Shown: positions 1-9,698 of the stretch, one piece after another
How positions within the stretch are numbered: position 1 is the first letter of the stretch
Layout of the letters: every line of letters begins with the position of its first letter
IMG/VR virus record: IMGVR_UViG_3300026968_000004
Coordinates: 1-50,854 of that record
DNA: 50,854 bases
Reading direction: 5' to 3' (one strand)
Source: a virus
Taxonomy: Duplodnaviria; Caudoviricetes
Position numbers and translations under genes: made by a program
Notes under the pieces: generated by a model
Databases searched by the model: none
Told to the model about the DNA's origin: nothing
The model's input: only the letters and a program-made list of their open reading frames with translations

Positions 1-1449
1 TTATAGGTAGTAAACTATGTCAAACTGCCTGTTTTCCAAGTTTACATCAATACGTTTTATGAATTGCTTAGCAATCTTATTTCGTTCGGGTATAGATAAT
101 TCTTCATTGGATAATAATTTATAATAGCTTTCTAAACGTAATTTTATACTAATAGGGTGTTCATCTACCTGGTTAGAAACAAGAGTTTCAATCTTATTAA
201 TTAATTCTTCTTCTTCTTTTCTTAATATTTCTTTGTTCTTTTTGTATTCATCTATAGTATCAATTTTAGCAAGATAAGCATTTTTTAAAAGTTCGTATTT
301 ATCTTGGATTTTGGATAACTCATTATTAAGAATATCTAACTCTCTGGTATCTTCATCTGTTCTAACTTTTTCTATAACCAAATCATTTCTATTAATATCA
401 TCCTTAATTGCATCTAGTATAAGTCTTTCCATCTTTCTAGTAGATATTGTACGTCTAGAATCACAAGCCCTAACACAAGCCATAGAACAACGGAAATTAG
501 TAAATTTCTTTTTTAGAGAAGTAGAAATAGTTAAAGAAGCTCCGCAAGCTTTACATTTAAGTAGATGTTGCAACCAACTTTTAACCTTGTATTCATTTTG
601 TTCTCTTATGTAAAGTTTAGCTTGTTTAGATAGTTTGGCTTGAACAGCGTTGAAGGTATCTTCGTCTATAACTGGAGTATGATCTGACTTAACTAGAACC
701 CATTCAGATTCATCATTTGGCTGACCTGTACCCCCAACTCTATAGTTATATCTCATGTAACCACAATAAACATGATTTCTTAATATATAGTCTAAAGTAA
801 TAGGTCTCCATTTACCACCATATTTTGTCTTAAGATTGTTTTCGTTTAGGTAACTTGTAAGAGCAGTCTTACTATAATCTTTATTTATGTATAAGTCAAA
901 GATTAATTTCAGTATGTTAAACTCTTCTTCATTAACAACTAATTTTTTATCTACTAGATCATATCCGTAAGGGGGTCTACCAATATTTTCTCCACGAGAA
1001 GCTTTTTCAAATAATCCTTTTTTAACTTCCTCTGCTAGATTCAAACTGTAGTATTCTGCCATAGCTTCTAACATAGCTTCAAGAATAACAGAAAACTTAT
1101 CATCCTCAATATGTTCAGTAATACTTATTACCTTGATACCACAATCTTTTCTTAAAAGAGATTTATAAACAACGCTATCCTCTCTATTTCTTGCAAAACG
1201 GTCAAATTTATGGACTAATATAACATCAAAGGGTTTAGGCTTCGATTTCGCTTCTGCTATCATTTTCATAAAAGCAGGTCTTTTATTTGCTTTGCGACCT
1301 GAAATACCTTCATCTACATACATATGATGTTCATTGATATATATACTATTTTTTTTTGCATAGTCTAGCAAAGCTTTTTTTTGGGCTGCTGGACTAAATT
1401 CTGTTTGATCTTCCGTACTTACTCTAATATATAAAGCACCTCTTTGCAT
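1..1449 (-). CDS. Large serine recombinase (prophage integrase)
   Basis: N-terminal YIRVST catalytic motif, DEGISG...RP, DRFAR, recombinase domain (PYGY), CKAC...C zinc ribbon and coiled coil; 482 aa. Confidence 0.95.
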   Translation of the reverse strand: MQRGALYIRVSTEDQTEFSPAAQKKALLDYAKKNSIYINEHHMYVDEGISGRKANKRPAFMKMIAEAKSKPKPFDVILVHKFDRFARNREDSVVYKSLLRKDCGIKVISITEHIEDDKFSVILEAMLEAMAEYYSLNLAEEVKKGLFEKASRGENIGRPPYGYDLVDKKLVVNEEEFNILKLIFDLYINKDYSKTALTSYLNENNLKTKYGGKWRPITLDYILRNHVYCGYMRYNYRVGGTGQPNDESEWVLVKSDHTPVIDEDTFNAVQAKLSKQAKLYIREQNEYKVKSWLQHLLKCKACGASLTISTSLKKKFTNFRCSMACVRACDSRRTISTRKMERLILDAIKDDINRNDLVIEKVRTDEDTRELDILNNELSKIQDKYELLKNAYLAKIDTIDEYKKNKEILRKEEEELINKIETLVSNQVDEHPISIKLRLESYYKLLSNEELSIPERNKIAKQFIKRIDVNLENRQFDIVYYL

Positions 1450-1485
1450 AATGTCACCATCCTTTTATTATTATTTTAGTAAGTT

Positions 1486-2640
1486 CTAAGCATCTAGATA
1501 TGATTGTAAATTACTCTCACCACAAGCAACATTTTGAACATAATACTCCATATCTTTCATGCAGCAATCAAAATCGTTTACTATAATTTCTTCTAAAAGA
1601 AATAATTGATTTGGGTCAGAAAATAGAATTCTTGTTATACCTGTTTCGCTTTTAACAGCTTTTTCACATATGAATTCATTTGAGACTTTGTTAATTTCTT
1701 CTTCAGTATGTTTTGTTAAAATATATTGTTTTCTTCCTTGTAATTTTAAACGAACAAGAGAATAAAATGCTTTTATATCAAAATATTGACCAGTATGATT
1801 ATACCTTAAATAGCTTATATCTCTAGCATGTTTAGTTAGGATACTTTTGACATTTTCTAAACATTTTAGCTCTAGTTCATTAATAGTATGATTATCTACT
1901 ACAGTATTCTTTATGATTTTAGATGATGCTATATCATTTTGCGATTTGCATTTTAAGTATAAGTAACCAGTAGCTTTAGAATCCATTAAAGCATCAAGAA
2001 ATTTAAATTCACCCAATTGCAGTTCATCAACTAAAGTTGATAATTTATGATTCTTAGATGAGGGAAAAAAATGTCTACTTAATGAAAGTGTATCAACTAT
2101 TTTATTATCCATTTTTAGATTGTGCTTATGTATTGCATTTAATATAAATCTCATATCAAAAGAAGCGTTATGGGTTACTAAAACATGATTTGAAATAAAT
2201 TTAATAAAAATAGGAATAACTTCACTTAGAGAAGGTGAGTCTTTAACAATTTCGTTTGTAATCCCATTAATTTTAGTAATTTTATTGGGTATCTTATTTA
2301 AAGGTTTGACATAGGTTGAGTAAATATTACAAATTTCACCATTTTTGAAATGTACTGCTGCAATTTGAATAATCTCATCTTCTAACGGACTTAAACCAGT
2401 GGTTTCAACATGAAATGCAATAAATTCTTCAACAAAAGTTAATTGCTTCTTATAATTATAAGATATTGTTTGCTGTTTGGTTAAATGTTCATCACTAGTT
2501 TTCTGTTTAGGGGTCATGATTAACTTAATTAGCATTAAGATAATTGCAATTGGGATACCTACCAAACTAAGAGTAAGAATTAAAATGGATTTATTATAAA
2601 GTTTACTTTCAAAAAAATTACTTTTCTCATTTTTGTTCAA
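1486..2640 (-). CDS. Membrane-anchored DEDDh (DnaQ/PolC-like) 3'-5' exonuclease-domain protein, probably catalytically degenerate
   Basis: N-terminal hydrophobic helix; ETTG...IIQIAAV, HNASFD and DTL motifs; ExoI Asp reads His and ExoIII His reads Leu; TTG start with AGGAGG RBS. Confidence 0.85.
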   Translation of the reverse strand: MNKNEKSNFFESKLYNKSILILTLSLVGIPIAIILMLIKLIMTPKQKTSDEHLTKQQTISYNYKKQLTFVEEFIAFHVETTGLSPLEDEIIQIAAVHFKNGEICNIYSTYVKPLNKIPNKITKINGITNEIVKDSPSLSEVIPIFIKFISNHVLVTHNASFDMRFILNAIHKHNLKMDNKIVDTLSLSRHFFPSSKNHKLSTLVDELQLGEFKFLDALMDSKATGYLYLKCKSQNDIASSKIIKNTVVDNHTINELELKCLENVKSILTKHARDISYLRYNHTGQYFDIKAFYSLVRLKLQGRKQYILTKHTEEEINKVSNEFICEKAVKSETGITRILFSDPNQLFLLEEIIVNDFDCCMKDMEYYVQNVACGESNLQSYLDA

Positions 2641-2675
2641 AATAAAACCTCCTAATTGTTATAATTATATGAATT

Positions 2676-2704
2676 ATTATAAATAGTAGGAGATTACATG
2701 TCAA
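2676..2704 (-). promoter_or_regulatory. Consensus sigma-A promoter for exonuclease-like gene and integrase
   Basis: Minus strand TTGACA-17 nt-TATAAT, perfect match. Confidence 0.8.
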
Positions 2705-2739
2705 ATACTAAACAAAGTGATTATGTTTTGTCATATTAT

Positions 2740-3099
2740 TTATTGATTTTCAAGCTTATTAATTACATTTTTCCAGTATTTTATCATTGTTTCCTTAGAT
2801 TCTTCATCCAATTTTAAAAATTCTATGATAATAGCCTTGTCAATATCACTTGCATCTTGTGTATAATATCCTAAGTCAAAGAAGAAATCATCTTCTTTAA
2901 ACATTTCTCCTTCGCCTGTCCTTAACCATTCTTCATTTACCTTGAATTCTCTACATATATCATTAACAATTCTCTCTGTTAATGGCTGAATACCTTTTTC
3001 AATTCTTGATAAATTGGCTTGAGATATATTTAATGCATTAGCAAAGTTTAATTGAGTCAAATTTAAATCTTGTCTTATTAGTTTTAATCTTTCATTCAA
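2740..3099 (-). CDS. CI-like XRE helix-turn-helix repressor
   Basis: RLKLIR...LTQLNFANALNISQANLSRIEKG HTH and VNEEWLRTGEGEM motif; divergent from lytic genes. Confidence 0.9.
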   Translation of the reverse strand: MNERLKLIRQDLNLTQLNFANALNISQANLSRIEKGIQPLTERIVNDICREFKVNEEWLRTGEGEMFKEDDFFFDLGYYTQDASDIDKAIIIEFLKLDEESKETMIKYWKNVINKLENQ

Positions 3100-3120
3100 C
3101 AGAAACGCCTCCTTTTTCTA

Positions 3121-3214
3121 AATATAACATAGGTTTAAATAAAAAGCAATGAAAAAAATACGAAACGAATATTGACAATATACTAAACGTATGTTAATAT
3201 ATACGAAACGAATA
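3121..3214. promoter_or_regulatory. Genetic switch: divergent promoters with three operators
   Basis: Leftward TTGCTT-17-TATATT (3121-3149); rightward TTGACA-17-TAATAT with extended TG (3172-3200); operators ATACGAAACGAAT at 3158, ATACTAAACGTAT at 3180, ATACGAAACGAAT at 3201. Confidence 0.8.
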
Positions 3215-3232
3215 ACAAAGGAGTTGATATTA

Positions 3233-3361
3233 ATGTTAGTAAACAAACTAGATGAAAGAATTATAAAGTTACTCAAAGATACAAAAAAGGCAGATAAAGA
3301 AAGGATTCTTACAATCCTACAATGGGAAAACAACAAACGATTAAGTCAAAAAGGTGCATAA
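3233..3361 (+). CDS. Small early protein (42 aa) in the Cro position
   Basis: AAGGAG RBS; MLVNKLDERIIKLLKDTKKADKERILTILQWENNKRLSQKGA; absent from ORF track. Confidence 0.6.
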   Translation: MLVNKLDERIIKLLKDTKKADKERILTILQWENNKRLSQKGA

Positions 3362-3428
3362 ACACGAATTATGTACAATCAGTATCTCATAAATATTAGT
3401 ATATTGAGAAAGAAAGCAAGGTGGATAT

Positions 3429-3587
3429 ATGAAAGAATGGACAGCTGGTGAATCTAAAGTATTTTATGTAGAAACTGGAGAAACAGTACCAATGAGTCAA
3501 ATATCCGAAGAGGAGAAGCAGAGACTATCTAAAATATGGGAAGACAGAGTATTGAAAGTTATTGGATATAAGAGGGTAGAAGAGTAA
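3429..3587 (+). CDS. Small hypothetical protein (52 aa)
   Basis: AAGGTGG RBS; MKEWTAGESKVFYVETGETVPMSQISEEEKQRLSKIWEDRVLKVIGYKRVEE. Confidence 0.6.
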   Translation: MKEWTAGESKVFYVETGETVPMSQISEEEKQRLSKIWEDRVLKVIGYKRVEE

Positions 3588-3748
3588 TTAAATTAATAAA
3601 GAAGGATTATCAAGACCAATCATACATTAATTAATTTTATAGAATTACGCTTAACTTGAATGAATACTCACTAGATTCGATAGCTTTGTAAGTTATTGAA
3701 AAGGGACAAGTATCATACAAAAGATTAATTTAGGAAGGAGGCAGAAGT

Positions 3749-3883
3749 GTGAGAGAAAGAATTTACAACAATATAACGTATATATGTATCAGTAGGGCAG
3801 AACTCATTATAGTAAGTTTTCTCTTAGGTTTCGTAGGTAGCATTACTACAATAATGCTAATGAGTTACTTTGATAGAAAATGA
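3749..3883 (+). CDS. Small membrane protein (44 aa)
   Basis: AAGGAGG RBS, GTG start, one hydrophobic helix (LIIVSFLLGFVGSITTIMLM). Confidence 0.55.
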   Translation: MRERIYNNITYICISRAELIIVSFLLGFVGSITTIMLMSYFDRK

Positions 3884-3909
3884 CCGATTCAGGAGGGAGA
3901 AAAAGAAAA

Positions 3910-4395
3910 ATGTTTAATGTTGTAGCTATTAATGATTCATATTCAATTTGTATTGATGCAGGGTGGAAAGACGTTAAGGTAGGAGAAAAATTACTTGTAC
4001 TAGGAGACACTGGAAACATTATATATTCTAATGAAAGACCACTTGGGAAGCATTACAACGTTAAAACAAAAGTTGTTGTTACTGCAGTATTTAGAGATTA
4101 TTGTATTTGCGAAGCTCAAAAAGGATACAGACTTGGCACGCTACCATTTATAGTTAATCCAAATGAATTAAGTGAGACTAAAAGTGAGATAAAGATTAAT
4201 GACATAATTTATAAGAAACCTCGTCATGTAGGAAAGCATAATGAAATTCCCCTAGAACAAACAGTTAATTCTAACAAGGCATTGGTAATATCATGTTTAG
4301 AAGAATTAACAACAACCAGTTTTTTAGTAAAAGTAAGTATTGGTATAGGATTGATTAGTTTGATATTAGCATTGATTAGCTGTCTATTTTTGTAG
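3910..4395 (+). CDS. Hypothetical protein with C-terminal membrane anchor
   Basis: ORF track; ATG at 3910 follows GGAGG; C-terminal hydrophobic segment. Confidence 0.65.
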   Translation: MFNVVAINDSYSICIDAGWKDVKVGEKLLVLGDTGNIIYSNERPLGKHYNVKTKVVVTAVFRDYCICEAQKGYRLGTLPFIVNPNELSETKSEIKINDIIYKKPRHVGKHNEIPLEQTVNSNKALVISCLEELTTTSFLVKVSIGIGLISLILALISCLFL

Positions 4396-4984
4396 GATGG
4401 ACTGGATTAATAATAATTTTATGCCTAGTAGTTTTTTGAGCAGTCTTGATTTTGAGAGTTGCTTTAAATGGAGTATCCCTAATAAACTCTAAGTTCTGAA
4501 AAACAAAATATCCTTCTATTACTCCATATGGTTCAAGTTTAAGAGGTGGTTTTGTATTATCAAAATGATAACTTTGCTTAACATCAATGTTATCATTTGC
4601 ATCAACAGTATATTTTGTTGCAATAGAATAACTATTAGGAGTCTTACTATAAAGAACGCTCCATTTACACTTAGGTATTTTCAATGACATTTCACGAATT
4701 GTAGTATTCGTTTTTGATTGATTTATTATTTGGAGCCAAATTTGCAATATATATGGAATGTAATTGGATTTGCGTTCATCAAAACAATCATCTAGATAAT
4801 CATCTGTGTATATTATGTTAAAACCTACATAATCTTCACATTCTTTTGGATGATATATAAATATTCGTATTCTTTCTTTATAAAGGACGTATAAAGATAT
4901 GAATAGACCAGTTACACCAGTTAATGCACCAATAATTGCAAGAACATTATTTAATTGTGATTTAACTAATTGTACTTCAATCAT
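4376..4984 (-). CDS. Hypothetical moron protein with N-terminal transmembrane helix
   Basis: 202 aa ORF, GAGGTG RBS, opposite strand to the early operon. Confidence 0.7.
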   Translation of the reverse strand: MIEVQLVKSQLNNVLAIIGALTGVTGLFISLYVLYKERIRIFIYHPKECEDYVGFNIIYTDDYLDDCFDERKSNYIPYILQIWLQIINQSKTNTTIREMSLKIPKCKWSVLYSKTPNSYSIATKYTVDANDNIDVKQSYHFDNTKPPLKLEPYGVIEGYFVFQNLEFIRDTPFKATLKIKTAQKTTRHKIIINPVHPTKIDS

Positions 4985-5079
4985 AATTCACACCTCATTT
5001 TAGATAAATTATAACACGAATCGGGAAACAATACAAAAAGATACTTTAGGAAAGGAATAAATTTGAGAAGGAGGTTTGC

Positions 5080-5310
5080 ATGAGTAATTTAGAACAAAAA
5101 GTTAATGAACTAGAAATTAAAGTTAATGGACAACAATGGTTAATCAAATTAATACTGATAATGATGTGTATAGTGACACTTACATTAATATCGACAGATA
5201 TCAAATTAAGAAAGGCAAATGAGTTGTTGAGTCAGTTTATAGAGATACAAGTTAAGATTGATGAATCTATAGTAGAAAATGATAGTCAAATACATATGAA
5301 AAATAATTGA
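5080..5310 (+). CDS. Small membrane protein
   Basis: AAGGAGG RBS; central hydrophobic helix. Confidence 0.65.
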   Translation: MSNLEQKVNELEIKVNGQQWLIKLILIMMCIVTLTLISTDIKLRKANELLSQFIEIQVKIDESIVENDSQIHMKNN

Positions 5311-5331
5311 AAATTGAAAGGAGGGAGCAGG

Positions 5332-5493
5332 ATGGAAAATAAACCTTGGTTATTAACATATGAATGTGTTAACTGTGGATTTAAAGCTTGGAGCTTACGA
5401 GAAATTACTAGATGTCATAAGTGTGGTGCAGTAGTAGTATGCACATATCCATCACAAGAACAAGAAACAGAAGAAAATAGGAAGGAGGCATAA
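5332..5493 (+). CDS. Small zinc-ribbon protein (53 aa)
   Basis: GGAGG RBS; CVNC...CHKC; absent from ORF track. Confidence 0.65.
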   Translation: MENKPWLLTYECVNCGFKAWSLREITRCHKCGAVVVCTYPSQEQETEENRKEA

Positions 5494-5580
5494 CTTTCCT
5501 ATTTGTAAATAATGTTCATTCACTAGATTGGTTTACATAATATTGAGAGGTAATACTATGGAAAATTACATAGAAAAAAC

Positions 5581-5612
5581 GCTTTGTATCTATTGTGGGA
5601 TAGATACAAAGC
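5581..5612. repeat. Perfect 13-bp inverted repeat upstream of rep
   Basis: GCTTTGTATCTAT-TGTGGG-ATAGATACAAAGC. Confidence 0.85.
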
Positions 5613-5886
5613 ATCTTAACTTTTGTCACTATTCAAAAAATATTCATATCTAATTATAGCATGAAACGGTGACGAAAGCAAGAAAATACAACGCTCGTCT
5701 AGGGTGTTTTCGGGCTTGTAATGGGTATTATCTTTACAACTATATATAAGAATATATGAAATACATATGAGTGTAGATATTGCTATATATAGATTGTATA
5801 GATAGGGGAGTATAGAAGGAAGTACAACCCTAATATATATCCCATACCCCATACATAATTAACAATCATTGAAGAGGGGGGACACC

Positions 5887-6708
5887 GTGAGAAGCTATAC
5901 AAGAGAAAAAAAGATATACTGTGGGGATAAGTATATGGAAGTGGATATATACCCCTATACAGAGAATCAAAAAGAGGTTCACAAAAACGGTAAAAGATCA
6001 AGGAAGCAAAAAGTATCAGCACCAAAACAAAAGAAGTTGAATGATAAGAATGCTAGAAGGAAATTCATTCAGATTACTAAAGCCAACTTTGGAGAGAATG
6101 ATCTTCATGTAACCTTAACTTATAAGAATAAGTATCTTCCAAGTACCAAAGAAGAAGCAGATAAAATAGTATCAAATTATATTCGAAGGATTAGATATAG
6201 GAGAGAGAAAAAGGAACTAAAACCTCTTAAATACATAGTAGTAACGGAAGGTGTAACAGCAAAGGATAATAAAGAGAAAATAGTAAGATTACATCACCAT
6301 GTAATAATGAACGGTGGTTTAGATCGAGACATTGTTGAAGAGTTATGGTGTATGAAAAGGAAAAAAGGGCAAAAGAAAGGTGAAAAGATTGGAATAGCCA
6401 ATGCAACAAGATTACAACCAGACGAGGAACATGGTGTAGCTGGGTTAGCCAATTACCTAAGTAAAGACCCTTGTGGTAAAAGAAGGTGGAGTTGTTCACA
6501 AAACTTGGACAAGCCTTGGAGCAGGACAAACGATTATAAGTATGGCAGGAGACAAATAGAGAAACTTGCCAAGAGTCCACCAGATATAGCCTATTGGGAG
6601 AAGCAATATAAAGGATGGAAATTAGCTAAAGACCAATATGGTATAAGGACAGAATATAACGATATAACAGGTTGGTCTATCTATCTTAAATTCTACAAGA
6701 GGGAATGA
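5887..6708 (+). CDS. HUH-superfamily rolling-circle replication initiator (Rep)
   Basis: Motif I HVTLTY, motif II RLHHHVIM, motif III LANYLSK; GTG start after GAGGGGG. Confidence 0.85.
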   Translation: MRSYTREKKIYCGDKYMEVDIYPYTENQKEVHKNGKRSRKQKVSAPKQKKLNDKNARRKFIQITKANFGENDLHVTLTYKNKYLPSTKEEADKIVSNYIRRIRYRREKKELKPLKYIVVTEGVTAKDNKEKIVRLHHHVIMNGGLDRDIVEELWCMKRKKGQKKGEKIGIANATRLQPDEEHGVAGLANYLSKDPCGKRRWSCSQNLDKPWSRTNDYKYGRRQIEKLAKSPPDIAYWEKQYKGWKLAKDQYGIRTEYNDITGWSIYLKFYKRE

Positions 6709-6745
6709 AACAGCTATTGATATCAGGAACAGGAGGAAAAAGAAA

Positions 6746-7291
6746 ATGTATACACAACAGCAGCTTAAAAGAAAATATCAGAGCATGAAGAATAATGCAC
6801 AGGGTAAGCACTTTGAGAATTATATAAGTGGGGCTTGTATCACATATGCACATCAAGGGAGAGCAAAGGTTGAGAAAGTACCAGAGCCATTCAGAGTAAT
6901 GAAAAAATATAAAGATGGAACTTTTACAGGAAGATTCACAGCATTAGCACAGCCAGATTTCCAAGGAACGCTAAAAGGTGGACAATCAATAGTATTTGAA
7001 GCCAAATACACCACGACAGACAGAATCAAAAGAAATGTACTTTCAAATATGCAACTAACAGCACTGGAACATCATCATGAGTTGGGTGCAAGAGCAGGAA
7101 TATGTACAGGAATCGGGGATAACTTTTTCTTTATTCCTTGGGTAGTATGGCGAGATATGAAAGAGCTATATGGAAGACAATATTTACTAGTACAGGATAT
7201 AGAAGAGTACAGAGTCAAGTTTAATGGTTCAGTGATGTTTTTAGACTATGTATATCAAATTGAAAGGAGAAAAATACATAATGGAAACTAA
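6746..7291 (+). CDS. recU: Holliday junction resolvase, RecU family
   Basis: GKHFE...KVPEP...QPDFQG...FEAKYT PD-(D/E)xK signature of RecU. Confidence 0.85.
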   Translation: MYTQQQLKRKYQSMKNNAQGKHFENYISGACITYAHQGRAKVEKVPEPFRVMKKYKDGTFTGRFTALAQPDFQGTLKGGQSIVFEAKYTTTDRIKRNVLSNMQLTALEHHHELGARAGICTGIGDNFFFIPWVVWRDMKELYGRQYLLVQDIEEYRVKFNGSVMFLDYVYQIERRKIHNGN

Positions 7292-7523
7292 AGCAAATAG
7301 TGATACAAAATTTAAGATATATTGCAATTCATGTGCTTTTAATGGTCAAGACTGCTTGATAATGAATAAACGACAATTTCCATGTTGGGCTAAATGTACG
7401 AATAAGGAAGAGCTTAATAAACGATATAATTCAATGATGAAATACAGTATAAGTAGAGAACTAAGAAAGAAGGTCAAGAAAGAATATATCACTTGTTTAA
7501 GAAGATTGGAAAAACAAAAATAA
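7281..7523 (+). CDS. Hypothetical Cys-rich protein
   Basis: AAGGAG RBS; CNSC...C...PC. Confidence 0.6.
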   Translation: METKANSDTKFKIYCNSCAFNGQDCLIMNKRQFPCWAKCTNKEELNKRYNSMMKYSISRELRKKVKKEYITCLRRLEKQK

Positions 7524-7544
7524 GGTAAAGAGAGGTAAGAAAAT

Positions 7545-8303
7545 ATGAAAACTATATCAATCATTAATTTAAAGGGTGGAGTAGCTAAAACAATAACATC
7601 ATGCAATATGGCTCATATACTAGCAACAGTACATAATAAAAGGGTTTTGCTAGTTGATAATGATAAACAGGGTAATGCATCAAAATTCTATAAGGTACAT
7701 AACTATGACAAGCTTAGTTTATCAGAGGTAATGACAGAAAGACACATAAAGTTAGAAAATGTTATCGTTCACACAGCATATGAGAATCTAGACATAATAC
7801 AAGCCAATATGACACTTCTTAGAGCTAATAGAGAGGTACTAATGGATACTACAAGACCTCAACAGAACAGAATCAAGTCAGCTTTAGCTACAGTATCAGA
7901 TCAATACGACTATTGCATAATAGATAATGCACCAGATATCAATATTAGCACTATTAATGCACTTGTAGCATCACAGGATGTAATAATTCCTGTAAAAATA
8001 GATAATTTTGCATTTGACGGTTTATCTGAATTAATAGAGCAGATAGATAATGTAACGTATGACCTTAATCAACAACTAACTTTAAAAGGGTGTTTGGTGA
8101 CTTGTTATATGCGTAATGAGGTTAATAAACAAGGTGAGGAATGGTTAAGAAATCAAACTGAGTATCCAGTATTTGAAACTCATATTAGAAGGACAGAGAA
8201 AGTTGACGAAAGCACCTTTGCATCCATCCCTATTAGAGAATACTCAATACGTTGTGGAGCATCCAGAGACTATTTAGCATTTGTTGAAGAATACCTAAAA
8301 TAA
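7545..8303 (+). CDS. parA: ParA/Soj family ATPase
   Basis: Deviant Walker A LKGGVAKT, VDNDKQGN, IIDNAP. Confidence 0.95.
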   Translation: MKTISIINLKGGVAKTITSCNMAHILATVHNKRVLLVDNDKQGNASKFYKVHNYDKLSLSEVMTERHIKLENVIVHTAYENLDIIQANMTLLRANREVLMDTTRPQQNRIKSALATVSDQYDYCIIDNAPDINISTINALVASQDVIIPVKIDNFAFDGLSELIEQIDNVTYDLNQQLTLKGCLVTCYMRNEVNKQGEEWLRNQTEYPVFETHIRRTEKVDESTFASIPIREYSIRCGASRDYLAFVEEYLK

Positions 8304-8306
8304 AAA

Positions 8307-8325
8307 TGTGCTCGATTCGGTCACA
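8307..8325. promoter_or_regulatory. Candidate parS palindrome
   Basis: TGTGCTCGATTCGGTCACA imperfect palindrome between parA and parB. Confidence 0.55.
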
Positions 8326-8342
8326 AATTTGGAGGTGTAACC

Positions 8343-9362
8343 ATGAAAAAATTCAACCTAAACTCACTTTTGAACAATACATCATTGAATGCCATAGAGG
8401 ATAAGGTAAAGAAGTCCAATAAACTAAATATAATACCTATAAGCGTACATGACCTAATACCATCCGAAGATAATTTTTACTCTACAGAGAATATAGATGC
8501 TCTTAAAGATTCAATAGAAATGTTTGGAGTAAAACAAAATCTAATAGTAAAAGAGTTGGTGAATGGAAAATATAGAATAATTGCAGGGCATAGGCGATAC
8601 TTAGCATCACTTTCGTTAGTAGAAGAAGGGAAGCAGGAATTTGAAAAGCTACCCTGTGAGATAGAAACAGTAGATAGAATTATAGAAGAGTTATTACTCA
8701 TTACCACCAATGCAAATACAAGACAGCTCACTGATTGGGAAAAGACCCAACAAGCCCAACGCATGAGAGAGTTATTGGAGAAATACCGAAAGCAAGAAGG
8801 ATTGACAGGTCGTACACGTGATCTAATAGCACAGGCATTAAATACATCATCAGCACAAGTAGGTAGGATGAACAGTATATCAAAACATCTAACCGAAGAA
8901 TTTAAACAAGAATTTAAAGAAGACAATATAAAAATATCTACAGCTTATGAGCTATCAACGTTACCAGAACAAGCACAACAAGAAATAATAGAAGAGTATA
9001 AGGATACTGGTACATTATCCATACAGGACATAAAGGATAAAAAGGCAGATATTAAAGCAAATGAAGATAATGGTATGGAGCAAGAGCAGGAGCAGGAATC
9101 TAAAGATAAACTAGAAGAAAGCCATCAGAAACCAGAGCTAGAAGTACAAAGACAACATAACACACTAACTCCGATATTCCCAACAATACATAAAATATTA
9201 AAAGATATGAGTAAGCAGGAACTAGCAAAGTTTATATGCCAAAGATGTCAAGGTTCTGGCTTCTGTGATTACTTTGCAGAATGTAATTATGGCAGTATAG
9301 ATAAAAGGACAGAGATATGTGAAAAGTGGTTAGATATGCAAGTACAGAAAGGAATGAAATAA
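8343..9362 (+). CDS. parB: ParB/Spo0J family partition protein
   Basis: LKDSIEMFGVKQNLIV...IIAGHRRY ParB N-domain, HTH, C-terminal Cys cluster. Confidence 0.93.
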   Translation: MKKFNLNSLLNNTSLNAIEDKVKKSNKLNIIPISVHDLIPSEDNFYSTENIDALKDSIEMFGVKQNLIVKELVNGKYRIIAGHRRYLASLSLVEEGKQEFEKLPCEIETVDRIIEELLLITTNANTRQLTDWEKTQQAQRMRELLEKYRKQEGLTGRTRDLIAQALNTSSAQVGRMNSISKHLTEEFKQEFKEDNIKISTAYELSTLPEQAQQEIIEEYKDTGTLSIQDIKDKKADIKANEDNGMEQEQEQESKDKLEESHQKPELEVQRQHNTLTPIFPTIHKILKDMSKQELAKFICQRCQGSGFCDYFAECNYGSIDKRTEICEKWLDMQVQKGMK

Positions 9363-9698
9363 ATGAGTAAAGCAGACAAGGTAAGCAAACAATTTATTGA
9401 CCGAAAGATGTATAAGGGTATCAAAAAGTATGATAGACAGCAAATGGAACATTTTGCAAAGAATCTTTATACTGAGGGATTTAAAGCAGGTGTTGATTCC
9501 ATAGAAAAAATAGAAGTTAAGATTGAAACAGATATTTTTATATCTAAGATTAAGGAAATATTACGTGTTAGATTAGGTATTGGTAATGTTAGATTCAATA
9601 AATCAAATATTGAACAGGACATCAAAGATATATTTCAGCAGGAGCAGGAGGGTTATAGGAATGGGGACAAGAGAATTGTTGGCGAAAATAGGTCTTAA
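9363..9698 (+). CDS. Hypothetical phage protein
   Basis: ORF track; coupled to parB. Confidence 0.7.
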   Translation: MSKADKVSKQFIDRKMYKGIKKYDRQQMEHFAKNLYTEGFKAGVDSIEKIEVKIETDIFISKIKEILRVRLGIGNVRFNKSNIEQDIKDIFQQEQEGYRNGDKRIVGENRS

